The position numbers and the translations under genes were made by a program. A DNA stretch of 33,408 nt from Candidatus Eiseniibacteriota bacterium (GTDB lineage: Bacteria; Orphanbacterota; Orphanbacteria; Orphanbacterales; Orphanbacteraceae): contig JBDRFQ010000213.1 of the NCBI GenBank assembly GCA_043818685.1, forward strand, positions 1 through 33,408. The letters are read 5' to 3'. How positions within the stretch are numbered: position 1 is the first letter of the stretch; each line of letters starts with the position of its first letter. Under the pieces are notes generated by a model. It saw nothing but the letters and a program-made list of their open reading frames with translations, did not search any database and was not told where the DNA came from. Shown one piece after another: positions 1-7,776 of this stretch.

Positions 1-538
1 CGGACGCCGGCGCGCGGATCACCGAGTCGATCGGGCGGTTCCCCCGGATCTTCCCCTCCTTGATCAGGGCGAGCCGTTCGCCCGCGAGATCCCTCTCCAC
101 CGAGACCTCCTCGAGCGCCTTGCGCGCGGCGTCGTATTCGCCCTGCGAGATGAACCCGCTCTCGAGGAGGGAGGCCCTCCGGTCGTGCTCGAGCTCCGTG
201 CGGCTGTATGCGATCTCGGCGAGCTGCACGTTCCGCTCCGCCTCGGTCAGCTCGAGCGGGGTCGGATTCGGAGCGATCTCGATGAGCCTCTCTCCCTCCC
301 GCACCTCGTCCCCCACGTCGACATAGCACGTCCGCACGATGCCGGAGATCTGCGACTTCACCCGGATCTCCTCGCGGGGGACGATCTGGCCGGTCGCGAG
401 CGCCTTGTCGACGATCGTGCCCCTCTCCACGCGCACGACGGTCCCCTCCCCGCCCCTCCCGCCCGATCCCCGCGTGCCGTAGACCACTCCGGCCGCGATG
501 AGGACGAGCACGATTCCGGCGATGACGATCTTCTTCAT
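1..538 (-). CDS. Efflux-pump periplasmic adaptor (membrane-fusion protein, HlyD/MacA type), N-terminal ~179 codons. The gene continues past the left edge.
   Basis: It is absent from the ORF track because it leaves the window. Reverse-strand translation from ATG (536-538) reads MKKIVIAGIVLVLIAAGVVYGTRGSGG..VVRVERGTIVDKALATGQIVPREEIRVKSQISGIVRTCYVDVGDEVREGERLIEIAPNPTPLELTEAERNVQLAEIAYSRTELEHDR... This shows a TM anchor, a lipoyl-like hairpin and the start of a coiled coil, as is typical of MFPs. GGAGGA lies 8 nt upstream of the ATG. Confidence 0.75.
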   Translation of the reverse strand, partial: MKKIVIAGIVLVLIAAGVVYGTRGSGGRGGEGTVVRVERGTIVDKALATGQIVPREEIRVKSQISGIVRTCYVDVGDEVREGERLIEIAPNPTPLELTEAERNVQLAEIAYSRTELEHDRRASLLESGFISQGEYDAARKALEEVSVERDLAGERLALIKEGKIRGNRPIDSVIRAPAS

Positions 539-966
539 CTTCTCGCTCCTCCGGCGGACAAGCTCATGCCCTGAAACGGATTACGGGAGCCGCGCAGGCC
601 GTGGTGAAGCGCGGGGCCCGCCGCGGCGCCGGTCGATGGGTACACCGAATAAGACTCCTCCTCTGCGGCGTTTGTTCATTCGGAAGCGGCGCGCCGGCCC
701 CGACGTCGAGCCCGGCCGCCACCCCGGCCCCGGCTGCGCCGGTTCGCGCGGCCGCCCCTTCTTCCCCGTCCGGCCTCTCTACGTCGGGCCCCTTCTTCTT
801 GTTTCCGGAGGGCGCGATCGGCGCCGCATCCCCTGCCCTGTTCACGGGAGACGGAGGAGGGGGCGCCGCTGCAACTGTTCCCGATCGGCAAGGGGGGACG
901 CCGGCCGATAAGGGGAAGGGAGACACGCGCGGACGGCGCGGGACGTCTCGGAAAGGAGCGGAAGAG

Positions 967-1308
967 ATGCCGCGATCGGAGCTCGAGTTCCCGAGACGCG
1001 ATGCCCGGCTCTCACGCCTCGGAGGCGAGGAACCGCCCGCACGGGAGCGCGCGGAGAACTCCCCCGCAGAGGAGAACCACTCGTCACGGCAGGAGACCCC
1101 AATCGGGTGGGGTTTCGGGACGGCCTGGGGCCGTTTCGGAGGGGGAGGACGATCCCCCGGCTTCCGGCGCGGCTGGGCGTGGGCCGGCGGCTTCGGAATG
1201 AGCCGGGACTGCTGTTCTCTCGGTGAGGGGGCCCCGCGCCCCGCACCGCCGGTCGGCCGGGAGGCGGCGACCGAGGACGTCGTCTCCCCCCGGCGAGAAA
1301 CAGAATGA
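967..1308 (+). CDS. Hypothetical Gly/Trp/Arg-rich protein (113 aa); doubtful
   Basis: AAGGAG (954-959) lies 7 nt upstream of the ATG. GC3 is about 78% by my count, against about 85% in the confident genes. The product (..GWGFGTAWGRFGGGGRSPGFRRGWAWAGGFG..) matches no family I recognise and is low in K/I/N/Y. It may be a GC-artefact ORF. Confidence 0.25.
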   Translation: MPRSELEFPRRDARLSRLGGEEPPARERAENSPAEENHSSRQETPIGWGFGTAWGRFGGGGRSPGFRRGWAWAGGFGMSRDCCSLGEGAPRPAPPVGREAATEDVVSPRRETE

Positions 1309-1416
1309 GGATCAACTCGGCGACCGGCGAGGGGAGACTCCGCGGCCGCCGCCGAAGCAGCCGCCTCTCGGCGCGCTGCGCCCGCCTTCTCACGGTTCGG
1401 ATCGGGTGATTCGGAT

Positions 1417-1493
1417 TGGGGTGAGCGACGGGGATCGAACCCGCGACAACCAGATCCACAGTCTGGGGCTCTACCAGCTGAGCTACGCCCACC
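1417..1493 (-). tRNA. tRNA-His (GTG)
   Basis: The reverse complement GGTGGGCGTAGCTCAGCTGGTAGAGCCCCAGACTGTGGATCTGGTTGTCGCGGGTTCGATCCCCGTCGCTCACCCCA folds as a cloverleaf. The anticodon loop is CTGTGGA. An encoded G-1 sits opposite discriminator C. CCA is encoded. Confidence 0.95.
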
Positions 1494-1556
1494 ACCGCCC
1501 GGAGGCGCTTTTCAATACTAGGCGAAAGCCCGCGCTCCGGCAAGAGAGAGACGGAG

Positions 1557-1630
1557 CGCGCCCGGCAGGATTCGAACCTGCGACCTGCGGATTAGAAGTC
1601 CGCTGCTCTGTCCTGCTGAGCTACGGGCGC
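1557..1630 (-). tRNA. tRNA-Arg (TCT)
   Basis: The reverse complement is GCGCCCGTAGCTCAGCAGGACAGAGCAGCGGACTTCTAATCCGCAGGTCGCAGGTTCGAATCCTGCCGGGCGCG. It has a 7-bp acceptor stem, anticodon loop CTTCTAA and T-loop TTCGAAT. CCA is not encoded. Confidence 0.95.
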
Positions 1631-1655
1631 GGAAGTCGATCGCGAGCGAAAAACA

Positions 1656-1729
<74 letters not shown>

Positions 1730-1839
1730 TCGGCATCCCGCCGCTCCCCTCCTTCGGCGTTCGGACCGGATCACCGAAGCTCCTCGCTTCACGAGGCGGA
1801 AGAGCCGGGCCCCCGGCTCGCGTTCCGCGGGGAGCCCGA

Positions 1840-2448
1840 TCAGGATAGCGCCTCGGCAATGCGGGCCTCAAGCATGCCCTTGATCCGCCTCATCGCGGCG
1901 GCTCGATGGCTGACGAGGTTCTTCTCCTCGATGGTGAGCTCCGCGAACGTCTTTCCCGAGGGAGCATGGAGAAAGACCGGGTCGTACCCGAACCCCCCTT
2001 CCCCGCGCGGCTCACGGAGGATGGTCCCCTCGCAACGCCCCTCGGCGCTCCCGACGACGCCCCCGGGGTCGGCGAGGACCGCCACACAGATGAAGCAGGC
2101 GCCCCGCTCCGCGTCCGGGAGGCCGGCCATCCGGGCGAGGAGCTTTCTCCAGTTGTCCTCGTAGCTGACGCCTTCCCCCGCGTAACGCGAAGAGCGAACG
2201 CCCGGCTCGCCCCCGAGCGACGGGACGACCAGCCCCGTGTCGTCGGCGAGCGAGAGGAGTCCCGAGTGCATCGCCACGGTAAGCGCCTTCTTCGCCGCGT
2301 TCTCCTCGAAGGTCTCTCCGTCCTCCTCCACCTCCGGAACCCCGGGAAACTCGTCGGGCGTCCTGAGGCGGACAGGGAGGTCTCCGAGAATCCGCGCGAT
2401 CTCGCGCACCTTGTCCCGGTTCCGCGTGGCGAGAAGAAGCTCCTTCAT
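1840..2448 (-). CDS. rdgB: Non-canonical purine NTP pyrophosphatase (dITP/XTP pyrophosphatase, RdgB/HAM1 family), 202 aa
   Basis: The product [21 protein letters not shown]...[24 protein letters not shown]...FGYDPVF...[20 protein letters not shown] carries the family hallmarks. Its ATG overlaps the rph stop (ATGA at 2445-2448). The longer track ORF 1840..3231 is an upstream extension that runs through rph. Confidence 0.9.
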   Translation of the reverse strand: MKELLLATRNRDKVREIARILGDLPVRLRTPDEFPGVPEVEEDGETFEENAAKKALTVAMHSGLLSLADDTGLVVPSLGGEPGVRSSRYAGEGVSYEDNWRKLLARMAGLPDAERGACFICVAVLADPGGVVGSAEGRCEGTILREPRGEGGFGYDPVFLHAPSGKTFAELTIEEKNLVSHRAAAMRRIKGMLEARIAEALS

Positions 2449-3176
2449 GCGGTCTCCTCCCGGCCGAGCGCCTCCTTCTGGATCTCGGTCACCCGCTCGA
2501 TTCCGCCGCGCCCGAGCCCCAGCATCGCCTCCAGCGACTCGCCGCGGAAGGGGTTCCCTTCCGCGGTCCCCTGAACCTCGACGAAGAGCCCGCTCCCGGT
2601 CATCACGAGGTTCATGTCGACATCGGCCCGGACATCCTCCTCGTAGTCGAGGTCGAGAAGAACCTCGCCGTCGACCACCCCGACGCTCACCGCGGCGACC
2701 GAGTCGAGCAGAGGCGACTCGAGCAGAACTCCTTGCTTCATCAACATGCGGACCGCGTCGACGAGGGCGACGTACGCTCCCGAGATCGCCGCTGTCCGGG
2801 TACCGCCGTCCGCCTGGACGACGTCGCAATCGACCAGGATCGTGCGCGGGCCGAGCTTCCCCAGATCGGTGACGGCGCGGAGCGACCGCCCGACGAGGCG
2901 CTGAATCTCGAACGTGCGCCCCTGCAGGCCCCTCGCCCCGACCTCGCGGCGGATCCGGACCGCCGAGGACCGCGGGATCATCCCGTACTCCGCGGTGACC
3001 CAACCGCCGGTCGAATTCCGGCGGAACGGCGGGACCTTCTCCTCCACCGTCGCCGAGCAGATCACCCGCGTCTGGCCCGTTTCGATCATGACGCTTCCTT
3101 CGGCGTGGCGAAGATACCCGCGCCGGATTCTCGTCTTCCGGATCTCGTCCGGCCGTCTCCCATCCGCTCGCTGCAT
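2445..3176 (-). CDS. rph: Ribonuclease PH
   Basis: The product [51 protein letters not shown]...[13 protein letters not shown]...[22 protein letters not shown] is full-length RNase PH. I prefer the ATG at 3174-3176. The track start at 3188 is a GTG four codons upstream. Confidence 0.93.
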   Translation of the reverse strand: MQRADGRRPDEIRKTRIRRGYLRHAEGSVMIETGQTRVICSATVEEKVPPFRRNSTGGWVTAEYGMIPRSSAVRIRREVGARGLQGRTFEIQRLVGRSLRAVTDLGKLGPRTILVDCDVVQADGGTRTAAISGAYVALVDAVRMLMKQGVLLESPLLDSVAAVSVGVVDGEVLLDLDYEEDVRADVDMNLVMTGSGLFVEVQGTAEGNPFRGESLEAMLGLGRGGIERVTEIQKEALGREETA

Positions 3177-3178
3177 GA

Positions 3179-3994
3179 TTACCGACACATCTCCTCCAGC
3201 CGCTCGGCTTCCACCCTCTCGACCCTTTCAATCGGCGCGCCGAGGAACATCTCCGCCTCCTCGCGGAAGCGGTGCGGCACGTCGCTCACGAGAAACCGGT
3301 GAACCGGCGGTCTCCCGCCGGCGCCTTCTTCCCGCGGCAGGGCCTCGCGGAGCGCGAGGGCGGTCTCCCTTGCCGCGTCCACGACGACGACCCCCTCGCC
3401 GGCGGCCTTCTCGATCACCCCGGTCAGCACGGGGAAGTGCGTGCATCCGAGGATCAGCGTGTCGATCGACCTGCGAAGGAGCGGGTCGAGGTACTCCCTG
3501 ACGACCTGTTCGGTCACGGGGTGGTCCGTCCACCCCTCTTCCACGAGCGGAACGAGAAGCGGGCAGGCCGCCGAAACGACGCGAAGCGAGGGATCGATCG
3601 CCCGGAGTGCGCGCTCGTAAGCGCCGCTCGCCACGGTTCCGCGCGTCCCGATCACGCCGATCACGCCCGACCGCGTCTCCCGGGCCGCGGCCCGCGCCCC
3701 CGGCGCGATCACCCCGACGACCGGAACCGGCGACTCCCTTACCAGAGCCGGACGCGCCGTCGAGGAGGCGGTGTTGCACGCCACGACCACGCAGCGCACG
3801 CCCTCCGAGAGAAGGAAGCGGGCGATCTGGCGCGAGAAGCGCGTGACGGTCTCCGCGGACTTCGGGCCGTACGGCAGACGGGCCGTGTCCCCGAAGAAGA
3901 GAACGGGCTCGTCGGGGATGAGGCGGAAGATCTCCCGCACCACCGTCAGCCCTCCGATCCCCGAGTCGAACACTCCGATCGGACCCACGATCAC
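3179..3994 (-). CDS. murI: Glutamate racemase
   Basis: The product contains [22 protein letters not shown]...[14 protein letters not shown]...VVACNTASS...LGCTHFPVL. The GTG at 3992-3994 overlaps the TGA of the upstream gene (GTGA) and sits inside GGAGGTGA. An alternative GTG is at 3988. The 525-aa track ORF is an artefactual 5' extension. Confidence 0.88.
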   Translation of the reverse strand: MIVGPIGVFDSGIGGLTVVREIFRLIPDEPVLFFGDTARLPYGPKSAETVTRFSRQIARFLLSEGVRCVVVACNTASSTARPALVRESPVPVVGVIAPGARAAARETRSGVIGVIGTRGTVASGAYERALRAIDPSLRVVSAACPLLVPLVEEGWTDHPVTEQVVREYLDPLLRRSIDTLILGCTHFPVLTGVIEKAAGEGVVVVDAARETALALREALPREEGAGGRPPVHRFLVSDVPHRFREEAEMFLGAPIERVERVEAERLEEMCR

Positions 3995-4587
3995 CTCCAA
4001 TCCGCCGCCTCGAAGGGGTGCGTTGCGTCCACGTGGCCGCCGAGCGTCTCGACGCCGTTTCCGTCCACGAGAAACCCGACCCGGGCCACCTCCGGGAACG
4101 AATCGGACAGGGTGCGGACGATACTTCGTATCGCAAGAATTTCCGACGAGGTCCCCCACGACCAGTCCCTGAGGCTCTCTCCGTCGAAATCCACGTAGAG
4201 CTCCCCCATATCGTCGAAGAAGACCCCCCGGATGAGGGTTCCCGGCGGAAGCGTCGCGTAGCTCCCCTCCGTCAGGGGATCTCTCGCCAGCTCCGAAACG
4301 AGACGGATCGCGAACTCCTCCCTGCCGTGGCCTCTGAGGAGAAGCTCCCGCCGTTCGGGCGCGAGCGACTCGCCGTCGCCGGCCGCGTAGTAGAGAAGCG
4401 CGGAGCGTGAGTAGGTCGCCTCCTCCTCCCTCACCGCCTCCCCCCCGATGCCGCCCGGCTCGCTCCCCCGCTCCCGAATCAGAAACACGACGACGAGGAC
4501 GACGAGGAGGAGGGCGAGCAGCGGCCAGAGCGCGCCCCGTTTCTTGGGCGCTCCCCCGCTCTTCGACGATCTCCGGTTCTCGTTCAT
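3991..4587 (-). CDS. GerMN-domain protein (GerM-like, membrane anchored)
   Basis: It has an N-terminal basic segment plus a TM helix (WPLLALLLVVLVVVFLI). A GerMN-like domain follows (LLYYAAGDG..LAPERREL..., LPPGTLIRGVFFDDMGELYVDFD, ILAIRSIVRTL, FLVDG). Its ATG overlaps the amidase stop (ATGA at 4584-4587). Confidence 0.7.
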   Translation of the reverse strand: MNENRRSSKSGGAPKKRGALWPLLALLLVVLVVVFLIRERGSEPGGIGGEAVREEEATYSRSALLYYAAGDGESLAPERRELLLRGHGREEFAIRLVSELARDPLTEGSYATLPPGTLIRGVFFDDMGELYVDFDGESLRDWSWGTSSEILAIRSIVRTLSDSFPEVARVGFLVDGNGVETLGGHVDATHPFEAADWR

Positions 4588-6206
4588 CGATCCACCCCCA
4601 GGAAACGCGCGATCGACCGCGCGAGCGCCTCGGCAAGCCGCGTCCTCTCCTCTTCGCGGGAGAGAAGAGCGCCCTCACCGGGACTCGTGCCGAACCCGAC
4701 CTCGACGAGCACCGCCGGCATGTCGGCGCCGGTGAGAACCGCGACCGGAGCCTCACGGGCCTCCTCCCGCTCGATCCCCTCCACCCCGAGAAGCTCGCCG
4801 GCGATCAGGCGGGCGGCCTCGCGGCTTCTTCTCTGGTGAAGGTCCTGAACCGCCTCCCAGGGGACGAAGCGGATCTCCCCGCTCAGTGCCCCCCCGAGTG
4901 GTGCCTCCCCGTAGACCGAGGCCGCCTCCGCGATCGCTTTCCGGATCCGTTCCTCCGCCGCCCGGCCGTGCGTGTGCACGTAGGTCTCGGCTCCCGATCG
5001 CGCCGCCGCGGGCGAGCCGTTCACGTGCAGACTGAGGAAGAAATCCCCTCGCGCCCGGTTCGCCGACTCCGCGCGGGCGCGGATCCCCAGTGCGGCATCC
5101 TCCTCCCTTGTGAGAAGCACGCGAATGCCGCCGGTCCCCTCCAGCTCCTCGCGAAGGCGAAGGGCAAGGTCAAGCACGATCGCCTTCTCGGAGGCTCCGC
5201 CCGGAAGCACGCAGCCGGTGTCCGAACCCCCGTGGCCCGGATCGATCACCACGATCCTCCCCCCTCCCCGCCGCTCCCCCTTCGGCCGGGTGAGCACCTC
5301 GATCGCCTCGGAGACCGCCCCGGAGAAGTCGACGATCGGGGCGGCGGCCAGGCGGACCCGGACCCCCTCCGGACGGACCCGCCGCCCGACCCGATGCTCG
5401 ACATAGGCGCTTCCGGGTAGAAGGTGAAGGAGGACCGAGTCCGCCCGCACCTCCCACGCCCATCCGACCAGGAGATTCCCCCCCGGCGGGGGCGGCAGCG
5501 AGTCCTCGGCCAGATCGAGCGAAGGAAAGCGGATCACGATCCCTCCCCCCTCGCTCCGTCCCTCCTCGTACTCCGGGTCTCCCGAGGTGAGAATCGTCGC
5601 ATCGAGCCCGTCGGGACGCTCTTCGAGGCGGACGCCGAGAATCCGCTTCCCGATCGACCCGATGAAGAGCCGGCCCGCCTCGGCGTCCCAGCGGACGGGG
5701 ACGGGGGCGAGTCCGGCCAGCACGCGGACCACGAGGTCGAGCGGGAGGAGGAGGTTGCCGTTCCGGTAGATCACCGGAGAGAGAAGATGAAGGACCGCTC
5801 CGTCGACGACGACGTTCGGGTTCTCCGCGGTGACCTTCACGCGGTGGTCCCCGACTCGAAGGGTCATCTTGAGGAGATCCGGCCTCCAGTGGAGGGACGC
5901 CCCGTAGAGCAGGGAAACGTCGGGAGCCTGCACGTACTTCTCCCCGCCGTGCGTCTCGAGCGGAAGGCGGCTCGTCCGGCCGTCCGCGTGGCGCACCACG
6001 AGATCCTCGGCGAGCGAGCCGCCCGCGGACGCGAGAAGCAGGGCCGCGAGGATTGCCAGACGGCTCGCCTGGATGATGCACGCGTTTTCGTCGCGAGGGT
6101 GCGGAGCGCGAGCCGAGAGGCCGACCTGGACGAGGCGCTCCCGGAAACGTAGTCTCGGCCTCCCCCCCGGCGCGCTAAGACTTGTCCCTCCTAGCCGTCG
6201 CGACAA
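4584..6206 (-). CDS. N-acetylmuramoyl-L-alanine amidase (Amidase_3, AmiC-like) with N-terminal accessory domains; start uncertain
   Basis: The C-terminal catalytic domain reads VVIDPGHGGSDTG...EKAIVLDLALRL...FLSLHVNG...GAETYV...VLVEVGF. A signal peptide ASRLAILAALLLASAGGSLA is present. TTG at 6206 is the only canonical in-frame start upstream of the signal peptide; the next in-frame GTG lies after it. See the inverted-repeat finding. Confidence 0.85.
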   Translation of the reverse strand: MSRRLGGTSLSAPGGRPRLRFRERLVQVGLSARAPHPRDENACIIQASRLAILAALLLASAGGSLAEDLVVRHADGRTSRLPLETHGGEKYVQAPDVSLLYGASLHWRPDLLKMTLRVGDHRVKVTAENPNVVVDGAVLHLLSPVIYRNGNLLLPLDLVVRVLAGLAPVPVRWDAEAGRLFIGSIGKRILGVRLEERPDGLDATILTSGDPEYEEGRSEGGGIVIRFPSLDLAEDSLPPPPGGNLLVGWAWEVRADSVLLHLLPGSAYVEHRVGRRVRPEGVRVRLAAAPIVDFSGAVSEAIEVLTRPKGERRGGGRIVVIDPGHGGSDTGCVLPGGASEKAIVLDLALRLREELEGTGGIRVLLTREEDAALGIRARAESANRARGDFFLSLHVNGSPAAARSGAETYVHTHGRAAEERIRKAIAEAASVYGEAPLGGALSGEIRFVPWEAVQDLHQRRSREAARLIAGELLGVEGIEREEAREAPVAVLTGADMPAVLVEVGFGTSPGEGALLSREEERTRLAEALARSIARFLGVDR

Positions 6207-6310
6207 GATCCAAGCGCGCCACGGGTCCCTGTTGAGGAAGTGGCGACGGAAGGGAGGCCTCGCAGGCCGAGATCCGCAGCCGCAGCAGGAAACGCGTGCA
6301 TCATCCAGGC
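6067..6310. repeat. Perfect 21-bp inverted repeat (GCCTGGATGATGCACGCGTTT at 6067-6087; its complement at 6290-6310) bracketing 202 bp
   Basis: Both arms were read directly from the sequence. The right arm abuts the smpB stop codon. The left arm lies in the 5' part of the amidase ORF. Confidence 0.9.
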
Positions 6311-6312
6311 TA
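6268..6312 (-). repeat. Copy A of a 45-nt stop-codon-abutting intergenic element
   Basis: The minus strand reads TAGCCTGGATGATGCACGCGTTTCCTGCTGCGGCTGCGGATCTCG. It is 37/45 identical to copy B at 18956-19000. The leading TAG is the smpB stop codon. Confidence 0.8.
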
Positions 6313-6768
6313 ACGATGACGGGCCTCCTTCCTCGCCCGATCCATCTCCCGGGCCGCGTCCCGCGCGGCGATCGCCGCGCGCTTGTCGTACGCTCTCTTC
6401 CCCACGGCCACGGCGATCTCCACCTTAGCCCAGCATCCGCGGAAGTACATGCGAAGAGGAACCAGCGTCGCCCCCTTCGCCTCGACGTTCCTAGTCAGCT
6501 TCCGGATCTCCGACTCGCCGAGGAGGAGCTTCCGCTTGCGGGTCGGTTCATGGTTGAAGCGCCCCGCCTTCTCGTAGGGACGGATGTTCGCGCCGATGAG
6601 GAACACCTCCCCGTCTTCGATCCGCGCGTAGCTCTCCTGCAGGCTCGCGTGCCCCGCCCGCAGCGACTTCACCTCGGAACCGGTGAGCACCAATCCGGCC
6701 TCAACGGTATCGAGAATCCGATACTCATGGCGCGCCTTCCGATTTGTGCAGATCGTCTTGATCTCCAT
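6310..6768 (-). CDS. smpB: SsrA-binding protein SmpB
   Basis: The product MEIKTICTNRKARHEYRILDTVEAGLVLTGSEVKSLRAGHASLQESYARIEDGEVFLIGANIRPYEKAGRFNHEPTRKRKLLL...LVPLRMYF..GWAKVEIAVAVGKRAYDKR is full-length canonical SmpB. Confidence 0.95.
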   Translation of the reverse strand: MEIKTICTNRKARHEYRILDTVEAGLVLTGSEVKSLRAGHASLQESYARIEDGEVFLIGANIRPYEKAGRFNHEPTRKRKLLLGESEIRKLTRNVEAKGATLVPLRMYFRGCWAKVEIAVAVGKRAYDKRAAIAARDAAREMDRARKEARHR

Positions 6769-6844
6769 GAGAATCGCCCGAAGGGATAGGGAGGCCGATC
6801 ACCCGGTTCGGAAACCGCCCGGCGGCAGAGAGCCGCGCCTCCCA

Positions 6845-6874
6845 AGTAAACCAGCGCCGGACGGGGTGTGACAA
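6845..6874 (-). promoter_or_regulatory. Candidate sigma70 promoter for smpB (TTGTCA-N18-TTTACT)
   Basis: The -35 TTGTCA is at 6869-6874 and the -10 TTTACT at 6845-6850 (minus strand), about 75 nt upstream of the smpB ATG. Confidence 0.4.
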
Positions 6875-6899
6875 GGGAAAAGGGGGGCGGGGTTTTCGC

Positions 6900-6929
6900 T
6901 TGCCCTGGCCGCTCGCCGGCGCCTAGACT
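6900..6929 (+). promoter_or_regulatory. Candidate sigma70 promoter for tRNA-Leu (TTGCCC-N18-TAGACT)
   Basis: The -10 TAGACT ends 13 nt before the first base of the mature tRNA. The same -10 hexamer occurs in the ppdK promoter candidate. Confidence 0.45.
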
Positions 6930-6942
6930 CCAGGATCGGCAG

Positions 6943-7029
6943 GCCGAAGTGGCGGAACTGGTAGACGCGCATGATTCAGGGTCATGTGGGCGAACGCCTG
7001 TGGGGGTTCGAATCCCCCCTTCGGCACCA
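6943..7029 (+). tRNA. tRNA-Leu (CAG)
   Basis: The sequence is GCCGAAGTGGCGGAACTGGTAGACGCGCATGATTCAGGGTCATGTGGGCGAACGCCTGTGGGGGTTCGAATCCCCCCTTCGGCACCA. The anticodon loop is TTCAGGG. It has a long variable arm, and CCA is encoded. Confidence 0.95.
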
Positions 7030-7136
7030 TCCCCTCTTCTCTCCCCGTCGCCCGGGCGCCTCGAACGGCCGGTCTTGTGCTAGATTTCTATCGGACCCAC
7101 GCTCGGGGGACTCGGTCGTACCACTGAGGAGGGAGC

Positions 7137-7370
7137 ATGAGCGAGGAGAAGATCCGCCGCCGGCCGTACGGGCCCCCGCACCCGGACGGCTTTCCCGACG
7201 GAGAGGAAGACACGGTCGCTTACTGTCCGCGGGAGAAGAAGAAGAAGACGCCGGCCGAGCACCGCGCCTGCGACCACCACCTGGAGGGTGAGGTTTCTCC
7301 AGAGGAGATCCGGGAAGCCGCGCCTTGCGGCTATGAGGAGACGGAAGAGGAAGGAGAGGGGGAGCGCTGA
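7137..7370 (+). CDS. Hypothetical small acidic Cys/His-containing protein (77 aa)
   Basis: There is a strong SD (GAGGAGGGAGC then ATG). The ORF has a plausible GC3 bias. The product is MSEEKIRRRPYGPPHPDGFPDGEEDTVAYCPREKKKKTPAEHRACDHHLEGEVSPEEIREAAPCGYEETEEEGEGER. I recognise no family. Confidence 0.45.
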   Translation: MSEEKIRRRPYGPPHPDGFPDGEEDTVAYCPREKKKKTPAEHRACDHHLEGEVSPEEIREAAPCGYEETEEEGEGER

Positions 7371-7776
7371 CCCCCCCAGAGGGAGCGGGATCCCGCCATC
7401 CCGCCTCCGGCGGCCGCCCGCCTGCCCGCGCCTTCCATCCCGCCGCCCCGGCCCGCACACGAAACAGCGGGCCTCCGAAGATGAACCGGGTGCCTCGCCC
7501 GCAAATCCCCCCGTTTATCGCTTGCCAAGGCGAAACATTGTTCCCGGCCCATCCCTGGAGACCCGCCGTTCAACCCGGCCCCGCCGCCGGCCTGCCGGAG
7601 GAGTTCGGTCTTTCGGCTCCGGGAGCGCCTGTCTCTCTCCCCTAAGTCTATGCCCCGCCGCTCGATTTGCAAATTCATTTTCCTTATGGAACACGATAAT
7701 TAGGGTTAATGATTCGGATAGGGTCGGCGGCCGGCGGCTCCCGCGTCCGGGGGGGGGAGTCCCCGGGTGCTTCCCC

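Noticed and set aside
6088-6289. A tmRNA gene directly adjacent to smpB (the plus-strand frame reads ..RSAAAAGNACIIQA.., vaguely tag-like)
   Set aside because: There is no GGGG...UUCGAC 5' end, no T-arm or CCA end, and no stop after the putative tag. The 202-bp segment is too short for ssrA.
6290-6312. Reading the repeat CTGGATGATGCACGCG (and CTGGATTGTGCGCTCG at 18975-18997) as a -24/-12 sigma54 promoter
   Set aside because: The GG and GC elements are one to several nucleotides off the obligatory spacing, and no TTGC is present.
7030-7776. tRNA-Leu as an integration site (genomic-island boundary)
   Set aside because: There is no direct repeat of the tRNA 3' end, no integrase or excisionase, and no mobile-element genes downstream.
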